From Oligoflexia bacterium (lineage in GTDB: Bacteria; Myxococcota_A; UBA796; UBA2385), in the NCBI GenBank assembly GCA_013152105.1, contig JAADHA010000514.1:1-24279 (forward strand): a stretch of 24,279 bases of DNA. The letters are read 5' to 3'. Numbering within the stretch: the stretch's first letter is position 1; each line of letters starts with the position of its first letter. The notes under the pieces are model-generated. The model did not search any database, had not been told where the DNA came from, and saw nothing but the letters and a program-made list of their open reading frames with translations. The position numbers were made by a program, and so were the translations under genes. Positions 6,682-14,377 of this stretch are shown here, piece after piece.

Positions 6682-8682
6682 CTAGCTTGGGTCGCTCAGC
6701 TCGGTCGCGAGGTTGATGAAGGTGCCTTCCAATTCCACGCTCTGGTTGCAGTGGTGGTAGTCGGAAGGGCGCGAGCACAAGCCCATCAGGAATTCCTGAT
6801 GGACCTGTCTGCCCACGCCGATGGCGACGATGCGGCCCCCGGTGCGGCGGATGCGCTGGCTCTCTGCCATGGTCGCGGCCGGATCGTCAGGGTGCCCGTC
6901 CGCCAGGATGACCACGACGCGCTGGGCCCCCGAGTTGCTCTTGAGAGCCTTGCGGGCCTGTTGCAGCCCCAGCGCCATGGGCGTGGACCCGATGGGGCTC
7001 AGGCCACTGAGCGCGGCGTGCAGCGCGTCTCGATCCTGGGTTGGCGCGGCACGAAGCCCGCCAGGGAAGGCGATGACGGCGATGTGTCGGGAACGGTCCA
7101 GGGTGCGGTCGACGAAGGCCAGGGCGGCCGCGCGGGCGTCCCGGATATTGCTGCCGTACATCGATCCCGAGCAGTCCATCACCAGCGCGATGTGCATGGG
7201 CACACGATTGCTGGCCAGGTCTTCCAGGGTCACGCCGCCCTGCGCCAGACGGTGGGCCAGCGTCTGGCCGGTGTTGAGGTCCATTGCTTCGACTTCGACG
7301 ATGCCGTTTGCGTTGTAGCGGTAGGTCACAGCGAGCTGTGTAGCGCCAGCGGGCCGGGGCGGGATCCCGTAGAACTCGAAATGCCCGAGCACATTGCAAT
7401 TCAGCGGGTCGGGGTTTTCGCCTTGGACCAGCCACAGGTCCATCGTGGACTGACCGTCGTGGGTCGTGACGTAGTTGTCGCGCGTGTGTTCGCATGGAAT
7501 GCGGCTGTTGCGCCGGATGATCGGGCTGTTGTGCATCTTGTTGTCGCGGTACACGACCATGCCCAGGCTGTGGCTGGTGACGTCGTGGGTGCGGATGTCG
7601 ATCGGTGGTCGGTCGCCAGTGAGTCGTGCGCTCTCCAGGGCCGCGGTGAGCGCCGCACCCAGCGCCACGCACTCGTCGGGGTTGATGTCAGTGGCGGGCT
7701 CGCGCTGAAACAGGCGCCGGATCAGCTCGCGCACCATGGGCATGCGGGTTGATCCACCGGCCAACAAGACCGTGTCGATGTCCTGGGGGCGAACCTTGGC
7801 GTCGTCCATGACATCCAGGGTCAAGGCTTCGCAGCGGCCGAGCAAGCCGATCGACAGATCCTCGAAGATCTCACGGGTGATGGACTGCCGCAGGATCTGG
7901 CCCTGGAAGTCATAAAAAATGTTGACCTTTGGGCGACGCGAGAGGCTGAGCTTGGCGCTTACACACTTCTGGCGCAGGTCGTGGTAGGCGACCAGGTCGT
8001 CGAGGGGGTCGACGCCGTGTTTCAGACTGAACTCGTGCGCGACGTAGCGCATCAGCGCGTCATCCCAGTCCTTTCCGCCGAGCTGATGGTCGCCGGTGCT
8101 GGCCAGCACGTTGATGTCGTTGCCGCGAATGTCGACGATGGTCACATCAAAGGTGCCACCGCCAAGGTCGAAGACCAGGCACTTCATGTCCTGGCCCTGG
8201 TGGGCCAGTCCGTAGGCGAAGGCGGCCGCGGTGGGTTCGTTGACCAGCTTGAGGACCTGGAGACCGGCCAGCTCGCCGGCCCGGATCGTGGCGCGGCGCT
8301 GCCGGTCGCCGAAGTAGGCTGGAACCGTCACGACCGCCTGTTCGATGCTGTGCCCCATGCGGTGTTCGGCGTCGTGCTTGAGTCGGGCCAGGATGAAGCT
8401 GGACAGCTTTTCGGGGCTGTACTGTTCGCCGCGGTACTCAAAGCTGAAGTCGTCGGGGCCCATGTGGCGCTTGATGAACTCAACCACCTGGTTTGGAAAC
8501 GCGATCGCGGCCTGCTTGGCGTAGTTTCCGACGATGATGTCGTCGCCGTCAAAGAGCAGGACGGATGGGGTGATCCGGTCCCCCTCGGCGTTGGCGAGGA
8601 TCTCCGGTACACCGTGCTTGTTGACGTGGGCGATGGCCGAGTAGGTCGTGCCCAGGTCGATGCCGACAGCTCGGATACTCAT
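6682..8682 (-). CDS. Hsp70-vWA fusion protein (666 aa)
   Basis: Hsp70 motifs GIDLGTT, VPAYF, VNEPTAAAFAYG, DLGGGTFDV, LAGGSTRMP and DVTSHSLG. These are followed by a vWA domain (~7200-6685) with MIDAS DCSGS, GSTP and ILADG. ATG 8682 has a TAAGGAG SD. Confidence 0.93.
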   Translation of the reverse strand: MSIRAVGIDLGTTYSAIAHVNKHGVPEILANAEGDRITPSVLLFDGDDIIVGNYAKQAAIAFPNQVVEFIKRHMGPDDFSFEYRGEQYSPEKLSSFILARLKHDAEHRMGHSIEQAVVTVPAYFGDRQRRATIRAGELAGLQVLKLVNEPTAAAFAYGLAHQGQDMKCLVFDLGGGTFDVTIVDIRGNDINVLASTGDHQLGGKDWDDALMRYVAHEFSLKHGVDPLDDLVAYHDLRQKCVSAKLSLSRRPKVNIFYDFQGQILRQSITREIFEDLSIGLLGRCEALTLDVMDDAKVRPQDIDTVLLAGGSTRMPMVRELIRRLFQREPATDINPDECVALGAALTAALESARLTGDRPPIDIRTHDVTSHSLGMVVYRDNKMHNSPIIRRNSRIPCEHTRDNYVTTHDGQSTMDLWLVQGENPDPLNCNVLGHFEFYGIPPRPAGATQLAVTYRYNANGIVEVEAMDLNTGQTLAHRLAQGGVTLEDLASNRVPMHIALVMDCSGSMYGSNIRDARAAALAFVDRTLDRSRHIAVIAFPGGLRAAPTQDRDALHAALSGLSPIGSTPMALGLQQARKALKSNSGAQRVVVILADGHPDDPAATMAESQRIRRTGGRIVAIGVGRQVHQEFLMGLCSRPSDYHHCNQSVELEGTFINLATELSDPS

Positions 8683-8827
8683 CGTGCTCCTTACGGTGCG
8701 GCACGGGTGAAGTGGGGTCCCGCGATCAGGTCCGCGACCGGAGAGTGAGTCCGGGTGCGCGGATGCCCGGCACGGTAGCATCCCAGTGCGCGCCAGACTA
8801 ACCGAGTGTCTGCTCACTGGAGCCGAG

Positions 8828-9487
8828 ATGACCGATCACGACGCGGGGGTCAAGGGCCGGATCGTGCTGGCCAGCAGCAGTCAGTGGCGTCGGCAGCTAC
8901 TCCTCGACGCGGGTCTGCCCTGTGTCGTGGTGGCACCAGACGTGGACGAGGATGCCATCAAGGGACGGAGCCCCGTCGACACGGCGGTGCGCAGGGCTCG
9001 GGCCAAGGCGCGTCAGGTGGCCTGTCGACATCCCCAAGCGCTGGTGCTGGGAGCGGATCAGGTGCTGTGGTGGGCGGATCATGGCGTCGATGGGGGCGCG
9101 GTGGCGGAGACGATCGGCAAGCCCCGGGACCCGGCAGACTGGCTGCGTCGCCTGCGCCAGCTCCGCACCGGCCGGCACGAACTGACGACCGCCGTGTCCC
9201 TGGTGGCACCCCCTCAATTGGGCGGGTCAGACGACTTCACGGTCACGACCGGCGTGACGCTGCGGTCGGACCTGAGCCAGGCCGAGCTGCTGGCCTATGT
9301 GGACTTTGGAGAAGGGGCCGGCTGCGCTGGCGGCTACATGGTCGAGCGTCGGGGGGCGTGGCTGGTCGATCGCATCGACGGCGACTGGTACAATGTGGTC
9401 GGGCTGCCGGTCTTGCACGTCGTGGCTCGGCTGCGGGCTCGGGGTTGGCGCCTGGGGGCGGACGGCCGCGCTCGGCCACCGGCCTGA
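8828..9487 (+). CDS. maf: Maf-family nucleotide pyrophosphatase, YceF-type (probable m7GTP pyrophosphatase)
   Basis: IVLASSSQWRRQLL, GADQV, IGKP, CAGGYMVE and NVVGLP. The W/Q/E signature matches the YceF rather than the YhdE subfamily. ATG 8828 follows GGAG. Confidence 0.9.
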   Translation: MTDHDAGVKGRIVLASSSQWRRQLLLDAGLPCVVVAPDVDEDAIKGRSPVDTAVRRARAKARQVACRHPQALVLGADQVLWWADHGVDGGAVAETIGKPRDPADWLRRLRQLRTGRHELTTAVSLVAPPQLGGSDDFTVTTGVTLRSDLSQAELLAYVDFGEGAGCAGGYMVERRGAWLVDRIDGDWYNVVGLPVLHVVARLRARGWRLGADGRARPPA

Positions 9488-9546
9488 CACCTCTTCCCCG
9501 CCGGGCTGTCGGCGGGATAGCTGCCGCATGACCGGAGCCGGCTGCG

Positions 9547-10509
9547 TTGACCACCAACCTCCAAGCCACCACCCTCCAAGACCTGGCCGAGCTGCTCGCC
9601 GACATTCAGGCCAGCGCGGACTGGGACGCGCTGCGCGGCGCGGCCGTGCTGCCGATCGAGAAGGTCGAGATGGTTCAGCGCAGCTCGCGGCCTGCGCAAG
9701 TCCAAGTCCAAGCTCCCGCGGCGCCAGCCCCTCGCCCCAAGACCGCGAAACCGCCCTCACCAGAACCGAAGCAGCCTGCGCAACCGCTGGTCCTCGGGGG
9801 GCGCTGGGCCTCGCTTGCCCAGGACGGCGGCCTCAGCGGATTGGCACTCCAGCAGGCCCTCAAGGACGCGGTGCGGCGGCCGTCTGGGGACCAGCGCCTG
9901 GTCGGGGTGCGCGATGCCCTCGGCGACTGTCAGCGCTGCACGCTCTGCCACGACCGCTCCCAGATCGTCTTCGGCACAGGCGATCCCGACGCCCGCCTGG
10001 TGGTCTTGGGCGAGGCCCCGGGGGCCGAAGAAGACAGGCGAGGGGAACCCTTTGTCGGACCGGCGGGGGCGATGCTCGATGCCATGCTGAGTCGTGTCCT
10101 CGGCCTGTCACGTGAAAATGTCTACATCCTGAACATGGTGAAGTGTCGGCCGCCCAGGAACCGCAACCCAGACGACCTGGAATTGCAGGCCTGCGCGCCT
10201 TTCTTGCGGGCCCAGTTGGCCTCGATACGTCCGAACCTGGTGCTCTTGCTGGGTAGTGTCGCGTCGCGCGCGCTGCTCAAGCAGGGGATCACGCGTGCCC
10301 GTGGTCAGTGGACTCATCTGGGCTGGCCGGGCGGCAGGGCCAGGATGATGGCGACCTTCCACCCGGCCTACCTGCTGCGCAAGCCCGCCGACAAGCGGCT
10401 GAGTTTCGCCGACCTGAAGCAGCTCCGTCAGGCGCTCGATGCGCTGCCGCTGGATGGGCTGCCGCCGGATGGGCTGCCGCCGGATGGGCTGCCGCCGTCG
10501 ATCGGGTAG
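9547..10509 (+). CDS. udg: Uracil-DNA glycosylase family 4 (4Fe-4S) with N-terminal extension
   Basis: CQRCTLC, GEAPG.EED..GEPFVG.AG, NMVKCRPP.NRNP, C.PFL and TFHPAYLLR. TTG start follows GGAG. Confidence 0.93.
   Translation: MTTNLQATTLQDLAELLADIQASADWDALRGAAVLPIEKVEMVQRSSRPAQVQVQAPAAPAPRPKTAKPPSPEPKQPAQPLVLGGRWASLAQDGGLSGLALQQALKDAVRRPSGDQRLVGVRDALGDCQRCTLCHDRSQIVFGTGDPDARLVVLGEAPGAEEDRRGEPFVGPAGAMLDAMLSRVLGLSRENVYILNMVKCRPPRNRNPDDLELQACAPFLRAQLASIRPNLVLLLGSVASRALLKQGITRARGQWTHLGWPGGRARMMATFHPAYLLRKPADKRLSFADLKQLRQALDALPLDGLPPDGLPPDGLPPSIG
10444..10497. repeat. 15-bp tandem repeat, about 3.6 copies, in the UDG C-terminus (LPPDG)
   Basis: CTGCCGCYGGATGGG at 10444, 10459 and 10474, plus a partial copy at 10489. 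Confidence 0.9.
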
Positions 10510-10526
10510 CGGTGTGCCTGCTTCCT

Positions 10527-11942
10527 TCAGCCCTTCAGCTTGATGCCGCCCATCAGGTCGGCCAGCGTGCCGAGGCTTCCGCCCTGGCTTCGATGGGCGG
10601 GCCCTGAAGTCGCGGTGCTGACCTTGCCCGACCAATCCTCTGATGCCTGGCGCACACCCAGCTCGATGCGCTCACGCTCGCGGTCGACCGACAGCACGCG
10701 GACGGGCACCTGCTGGCCGACGCTCAGCACGTCTGAAGGACTCTCGATGCGGTGATCGGCCAGGGTCGAGATGTGGGCCAGGCCCTGGAGCCCTGGGAGG
10801 ATCTGGATGAAGGCCCCGAAGTCCGTCAGGCGCATCACCGTGCCCGGGTAGACCTGACCAACCAGGATATCGGTGCCGACCCGAGTCCAGGGGTCCAGCG
10901 CCTGATCCTTCATTGACAGCGACACCCGCCCGGCCTGGATATCGACCTGGACGACACGGACGGTGACCCGAGTGCCTCGCGGCGGAGCGACCTGGTGTTC
11001 GTCCCAGCCCAGCTCGGTCTTGTGGACCAGGCCGGTGATGCCGCCGACGTCCACGAAGACGCCGTAGGGTTTCTCGCCGGTGACGACGCCCTTGAGCTGG
11101 TCGCCGGGCTGCAGGGTGGTCCAGAGCTTGGCCGCCTGCTGTTCGGCGAGCTGGTCCGCGATCACCCGGTGGCTCACGACCAGATCACGCCCCTTCAGCT
11201 CGAGTACGCGGAAAGACAAGGTCCGACCGATGTAGCTGTCGAGATCCAGGTCGGGGATTCGGTCGATATGAGAGATGGGGCAGAAGGCGCGCAGGGCACC
11301 CATGGCGACGACGTAGCCACCCGCGTTGCGAGACTCGACCCGACCATCGACCGGGATCTCGGCCTGCATGGCGGTCTCCAGGGCTTCGAGTCCGGCGGCC
11401 GCCGAGAGATGGAGGGTCAGGCGAACACCCTGTCCGCCCGCGGAGAGGACCCAGGCGGTGAGCGCGCCGCCCACTGTGAGCGGCTGATCATTGTCAAGCT
11501 CGGCGTGGGGCAGCCAGGCTTCGCTCTTGCCGCCGATGTCGACGAAGATCGTGTCCTTGGTGATCCTGACGACGGTGCCAGTGACTTCGTCGCCGACCTC
11601 GAGATCGACCGGGCTCCCCTGGGCCAGTAGCGCCGCGAAGGCGTCCTGGTCGAAGCCGTCCAGCTCGGCGAGCAGCGCGTCCCCGTCCAGGCTGGGGCGG
11701 ACCGCTTCGGCCATGCTTGAAGCTGCCGCTTGTGCTTCCTGCGCTTCCCGTGCTTCCCGTGCTTCTCGCGCTTCCTGCGCGGCTTGCTTGGCCGAGGCGA
11801 TCTCCTTGGCCTGATCTGCTGCGAGTTGGGTCCCTGCCGCTTCGATGGGGGCACCATCACCTGTCTTGTCGACCTCGGCGGAGCGGCGGATGGTCGTGCG
11901 TCGTGTGGTCGGCGCGTCGTCCTGCTTGGGGAACTGGGCCAT
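10527..11942 (-). CDS. Ribosomal protein S1-like protein with four S1 domains (471 aa)
   Basis: Four S1 repeats: EVGDEVTGTVVRI, PVDGRVE...RAFCPISHI, QPGDQLKGVV..YGVFVDVGG..GLVH and VGQVYPGTV...DFGAFI...GLAHIS. C-terminal GSLGTLADL and a low-complexity N-terminus. Whether this is the main rpsA or a paralog cannot be decided here. Confidence 0.88.
   Translation of the reverse strand: MAQFPKQDDAPTTRRTTIRRSAEVDKTGDGAPIEAAGTQLAADQAKEIASAKQAAQEAREAREAREAQEAQAAASSMAEAVRPSLDGDALLAELDGFDQDAFAALLAQGSPVDLEVGDEVTGTVVRITKDTIFVDIGGKSEAWLPHAELDNDQPLTVGGALTAWVLSAGGQGVRLTLHLSAAAGLEALETAMQAEIPVDGRVESRNAGGYVVAMGALRAFCPISHIDRIPDLDLDSYIGRTLSFRVLELKGRDLVVSHRVIADQLAEQQAAKLWTTLQPGDQLKGVVTGEKPYGVFVDVGGITGLVHKTELGWDEHQVAPPRGTRVTVRVVQVDIQAGRVSLSMKDQALDPWTRVGTDILVGQVYPGTVMRLTDFGAFIQILPGLQGLAHISTLADHRIESPSDVLSVGQQVPVRVLSVDRERERIELGVRQASEDWSGKVSTATSGPAHRSQGGSLGTLADLMGGIKLKG
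11734..11778. repeat. 9-bp tandem repeat x5 in the S1-like N-terminus (AQE/ARE)
   Basis: GCTTCCTGC, GCTTCCCGT, GCTTCCCGT, GCTTCTCGC, GCTTCCTGC. Confidence 0.85.
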
Positions 11943-11959
11943 GGCTCGTCCATTGAGGA

Positions 11960-11989
11960 GAGGAGTGAGGTGGTGAGGAGTGAGGTGGT
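11960..11989. repeat. 15-bp tandem repeat x2 in the leader of the S1-like gene
   Basis: GAGGAGTGAGGTGGT at 11960-11974 and 11975-11989, inside a 49-nt stretch (11952-12000) with no C on the + strand. Confidence 0.85.
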
Positions 11990-12144
11990 GGTGGGGAGAA
12001 CGACGCGGCTTCTAGCCCGGCTCAGCTCAGGGCGCTTGCATCCTGCGTTGCCGCGACGAGTCGCACCGGCTACCGCGCGGCCCCATGTGCCAGCCCTCGC
12101 CCCATCCCACGCGCCATCCCACGCCAGAGCCCGCTGAGAATGCC

Positions 12145-13200
12145 GTGAGCCGGCTGCTGGCTGATCTTCACTACGACCTGCCGGATCAGCAGATCGCGCG
12201 CCATCCGCCCAAGCAACGCGATGGCGGGCGCTTGATGGTGGTCGGCGATGGCGGGCTGGTGGACGGGACAGTTCGCGATCTTCCCAGTCGATTGGAGCCG
12301 GGAGATCTGCTGGTCGTCAATGACACCCGGGTGGTGCCAGCGCGGCTGTTTCTGTCCCGAAGCTCAGGAGGCCGGGTCGAGGCTTTGGTCCTGCCTGGGT
12401 CGGGTTCGGGCTCCGAGCGCCTTGCCATGCTGCGACCCGGGCGGCGCCTTTCTGTGGGCGAGGTCCTGCAAGTCGAGGGGGGTGTCGGGGAGCTGCGCCT
12501 GAGCGAGTGCCTGGCGGATGGCACGTGGCGCGTGTCCATCCAGCCCGATCCCGCGTACGTGATGGCCCTGGCCGGTCATGTGCCCCTGCCTCCCTACCTG
12601 CGGCGCCCCGATGAGCCCGCGGATCGTGACCGCTACCAGACGGTCTACGCCGGCCCACCCGGTGCGGTGGCGGCGCCGACCGCCGGGCTTCACCTGTCGC
12701 GGCGGCTGTTGGCTGCCCTGGCAGAGCGCGGGGTAGGGCTGGCCAAGGTGACCCTCCATGTCGGGCCGGGCACCTTTCGGCCTCTGCGGGCCCAGGACCT
12801 GTCGAGTGGTCAGCTTCACGCCGAGGCCTGGTGGGTGTCCGAGCAGACGGCCCAGGCTGTCGTGCAGACCCGTTCAGCCGGCGGCCGGATCGTCGCAGTT
12901 GGAACGACGGCGACGCGGGTGCTGGAGAGCGCGGCTCTTCCGGGCGGTGTCATCGCCGCGGGGCAGGGCATGACTCGGCTCTTCCTGCGACCGGGAAGCC
13001 GCTTCCTGGTCGTTGATCGCCTGCTCACCAACTTCCACCTGCCGGGTAGTTCGCTGCTTGCGCTGGTCCAGGCATTCGGCGGAGTGGCCCGGCTTCAGGC
13101 GGCCTATCGCCACGCGGTCGACGCTGGCTATCGCTTCTACTCCTACGGAGACGCCATGTTCTTGGACCTTGCCCCTCCGGGTCGACGAGGTCCGCGGTGA
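12145..13200 (+). CDS. queA: S-adenosylmethionine:tRNA ribosyltransferase-isomerase
   Basis: YDLP...IA..P, NDTRVVPARL, PLPPYL, DRYQTVYA, AAPTAGLH, TLHVGPGTF, AVGTT, TNFHLP.SSLL and YRFYSYGDAM. Start uncertain (GTG 12145 or ATG 12085). Confidence 0.96.
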   Translation: MSRLLADLHYDLPDQQIARHPPKQRDGGRLMVVGDGGLVDGTVRDLPSRLEPGDLLVVNDTRVVPARLFLSRSSGGRVEALVLPGSGSGSERLAMLRPGRRLSVGEVLQVEGGVGELRLSECLADGTWRVSIQPDPAYVMALAGHVPLPPYLRRPDEPADRDRYQTVYAGPPGAVAAPTAGLHLSRRLLAALAERGVGLAKVTLHVGPGTFRPLRAQDLSSGQLHAEAWWVSEQTAQAVVQTRSAGGRIVAVGTTATRVLESAALPGGVIAAGQGMTRLFLRPGSRFLVVDRLLTNFHLPGSSLLALVQAFGGVARLQAAYRHAVDAGYRFYSYGDAMFLDLAPPGRRGPR

Positions 13201-14324
13201 CCAGTCCGCTCAGCTTTACGCTGCATGCCACCGCTGGTGCTGCCCGGGCCGGCGTCTTGAAGACTCCCCACGGTGACGTACACACGCCAGCCTTCATGCC
13301 GGTTGGAACCTGCGGCACCGTGAAGGGCATGACGCCGGTCGACCTGGCCGCGATGGACACCGAGATGGTGCTGGCGAACGCCTACCACCTGTGGGTTCGG
13401 CCGGGACACCAGACCGTGCAGCGTCTCGGGGGCCTCCACCAATTCATGGGGTGGAGCGGCCCGATCTTGACCGATTCCGGTGGCTTTCAGGTGTTCAGCC
13501 TGCGCGAGATGAACAAGGTCACCGAGCAGGGCGTGCGCTTCCGGGCGCCCCTGGATGGCCAGTACCGCACACTGAGCCCCGAGCTGTGCGTGGAGATCCA
13601 GGAGGCCCTTGGCGTCGACCTGGCCATGGCCCTCGACGAGTGCATCGAGTGGCCCGCCGATCGGGACCGGGTCGCCCGGAGCACGGAGCGCACGACCCGC
13701 TGGCTGAGACGCTGCCTGGTTCATCGCCGACACCCCGAGGCCACCGCGCTGCTGGGCATCGTCCAGGGGGGCTTCGAAGAGGACCTGCGCGTCGCCCATG
13801 CCCAACAACTCGTCGACATGGATCTAGACGGCTACGCCATCGGCGGACTGTCGGTGGGTGAGCCAAAGGAGCAGCTCCTCTCGATGGTCGCCTTCACCGC
13901 TCCCTTGCTTCCGGTCGACAAGCTTCGCTACCTGATGGGGGTCGGCTACCCCCTTGACATCGTTGAGGCGGTGATGAGGGGTGTGGACCTGCTCGACTGC
14001 GTCCTGCCGACCCGCAGCGGCCGCTTCGGTCAGGTGTTCACCAGTAAAGGGCGGCTGAATATCAAGCACGCCCGCTTTCGCGAAGACCCGCGCCCGATGG
14101 ACGACGCATGCACGTGTTATGCGTGCCGCTCTTTCTCCCGTGCCTACCTTCGCCACCTCTTCCTCTCCCACGAGATCCTCGCCCCCCGCCTCCTCACCCT
14201 GCACAACCTGACCTTCTACCAGCAGTTGATGTTGCGCCTGCGCGCGGCGATCACCGACGACCCCGGCGCGGTCACGGCCGTCCGTGACGATGCTAAGGGC
14301 TGGATGGAAGCGCTACAGGATTGA
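13197..14324 (+). CDS. tgt: Queuine tRNA-ribosyltransferase (tRNA-guanine transglycosylase)
   Basis: TPAFMPVGT, TDSGGFQVFS, ALDEC, GIVQGG, AIGGLSVGE, YLMGVG, DCVLPTR and zinc ligands CTCYAC...HNL. GTGA overlap with queA. Confidence 0.97.
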   Translation: MTSPLSFTLHATAGAARAGVLKTPHGDVHTPAFMPVGTCGTVKGMTPVDLAAMDTEMVLANAYHLWVRPGHQTVQRLGGLHQFMGWSGPILTDSGGFQVFSLREMNKVTEQGVRFRAPLDGQYRTLSPELCVEIQEALGVDLAMALDECIEWPADRDRVARSTERTTRWLRRCLVHRRHPEATALLGIVQGGFEEDLRVAHAQQLVDMDLDGYAIGGLSVGEPKEQLLSMVAFTAPLLPVDKLRYLMGVGYPLDIVEAVMRGVDLLDCVLPTRSGRFGQVFTSKGRLNIKHARFREDPRPMDDACTCYACRSFSRAYLRHLFLSHEILAPRLLTLHNLTFYQQLMLRLRAAITDDPGAVTAVRDDAKGWMEALQD

Positions 14325-14377
14325 GGCCGCCCCAGTGGCGGAAATGAGCGACTGGGCCGTCCAAAGACGGAGCCTCG

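Noticed and set aside
8683-8827. Heat-shock control elements (CIRCE, sigma32) upstream of the Hsp70 operon
   Set aside because: No TTAGCACTC-N9-GAGTGCTAA is present. A CCCCACTT resembles the sigma32 -10 but has no correctly spaced CTTGAA -35.
9497-9516. 7-bp GC hairpin between maf and udg as a terminator
   Set aside because: No U-tract follows it, and short GC stems are common at this base composition.
4897-11989. Short tandem repeats as a CRISPR array or mobile-element ends
   Set aside because: Units are 9-15 bp, have no spacers and are mostly in-frame coding. No cas, transposase or integrase genes are present.
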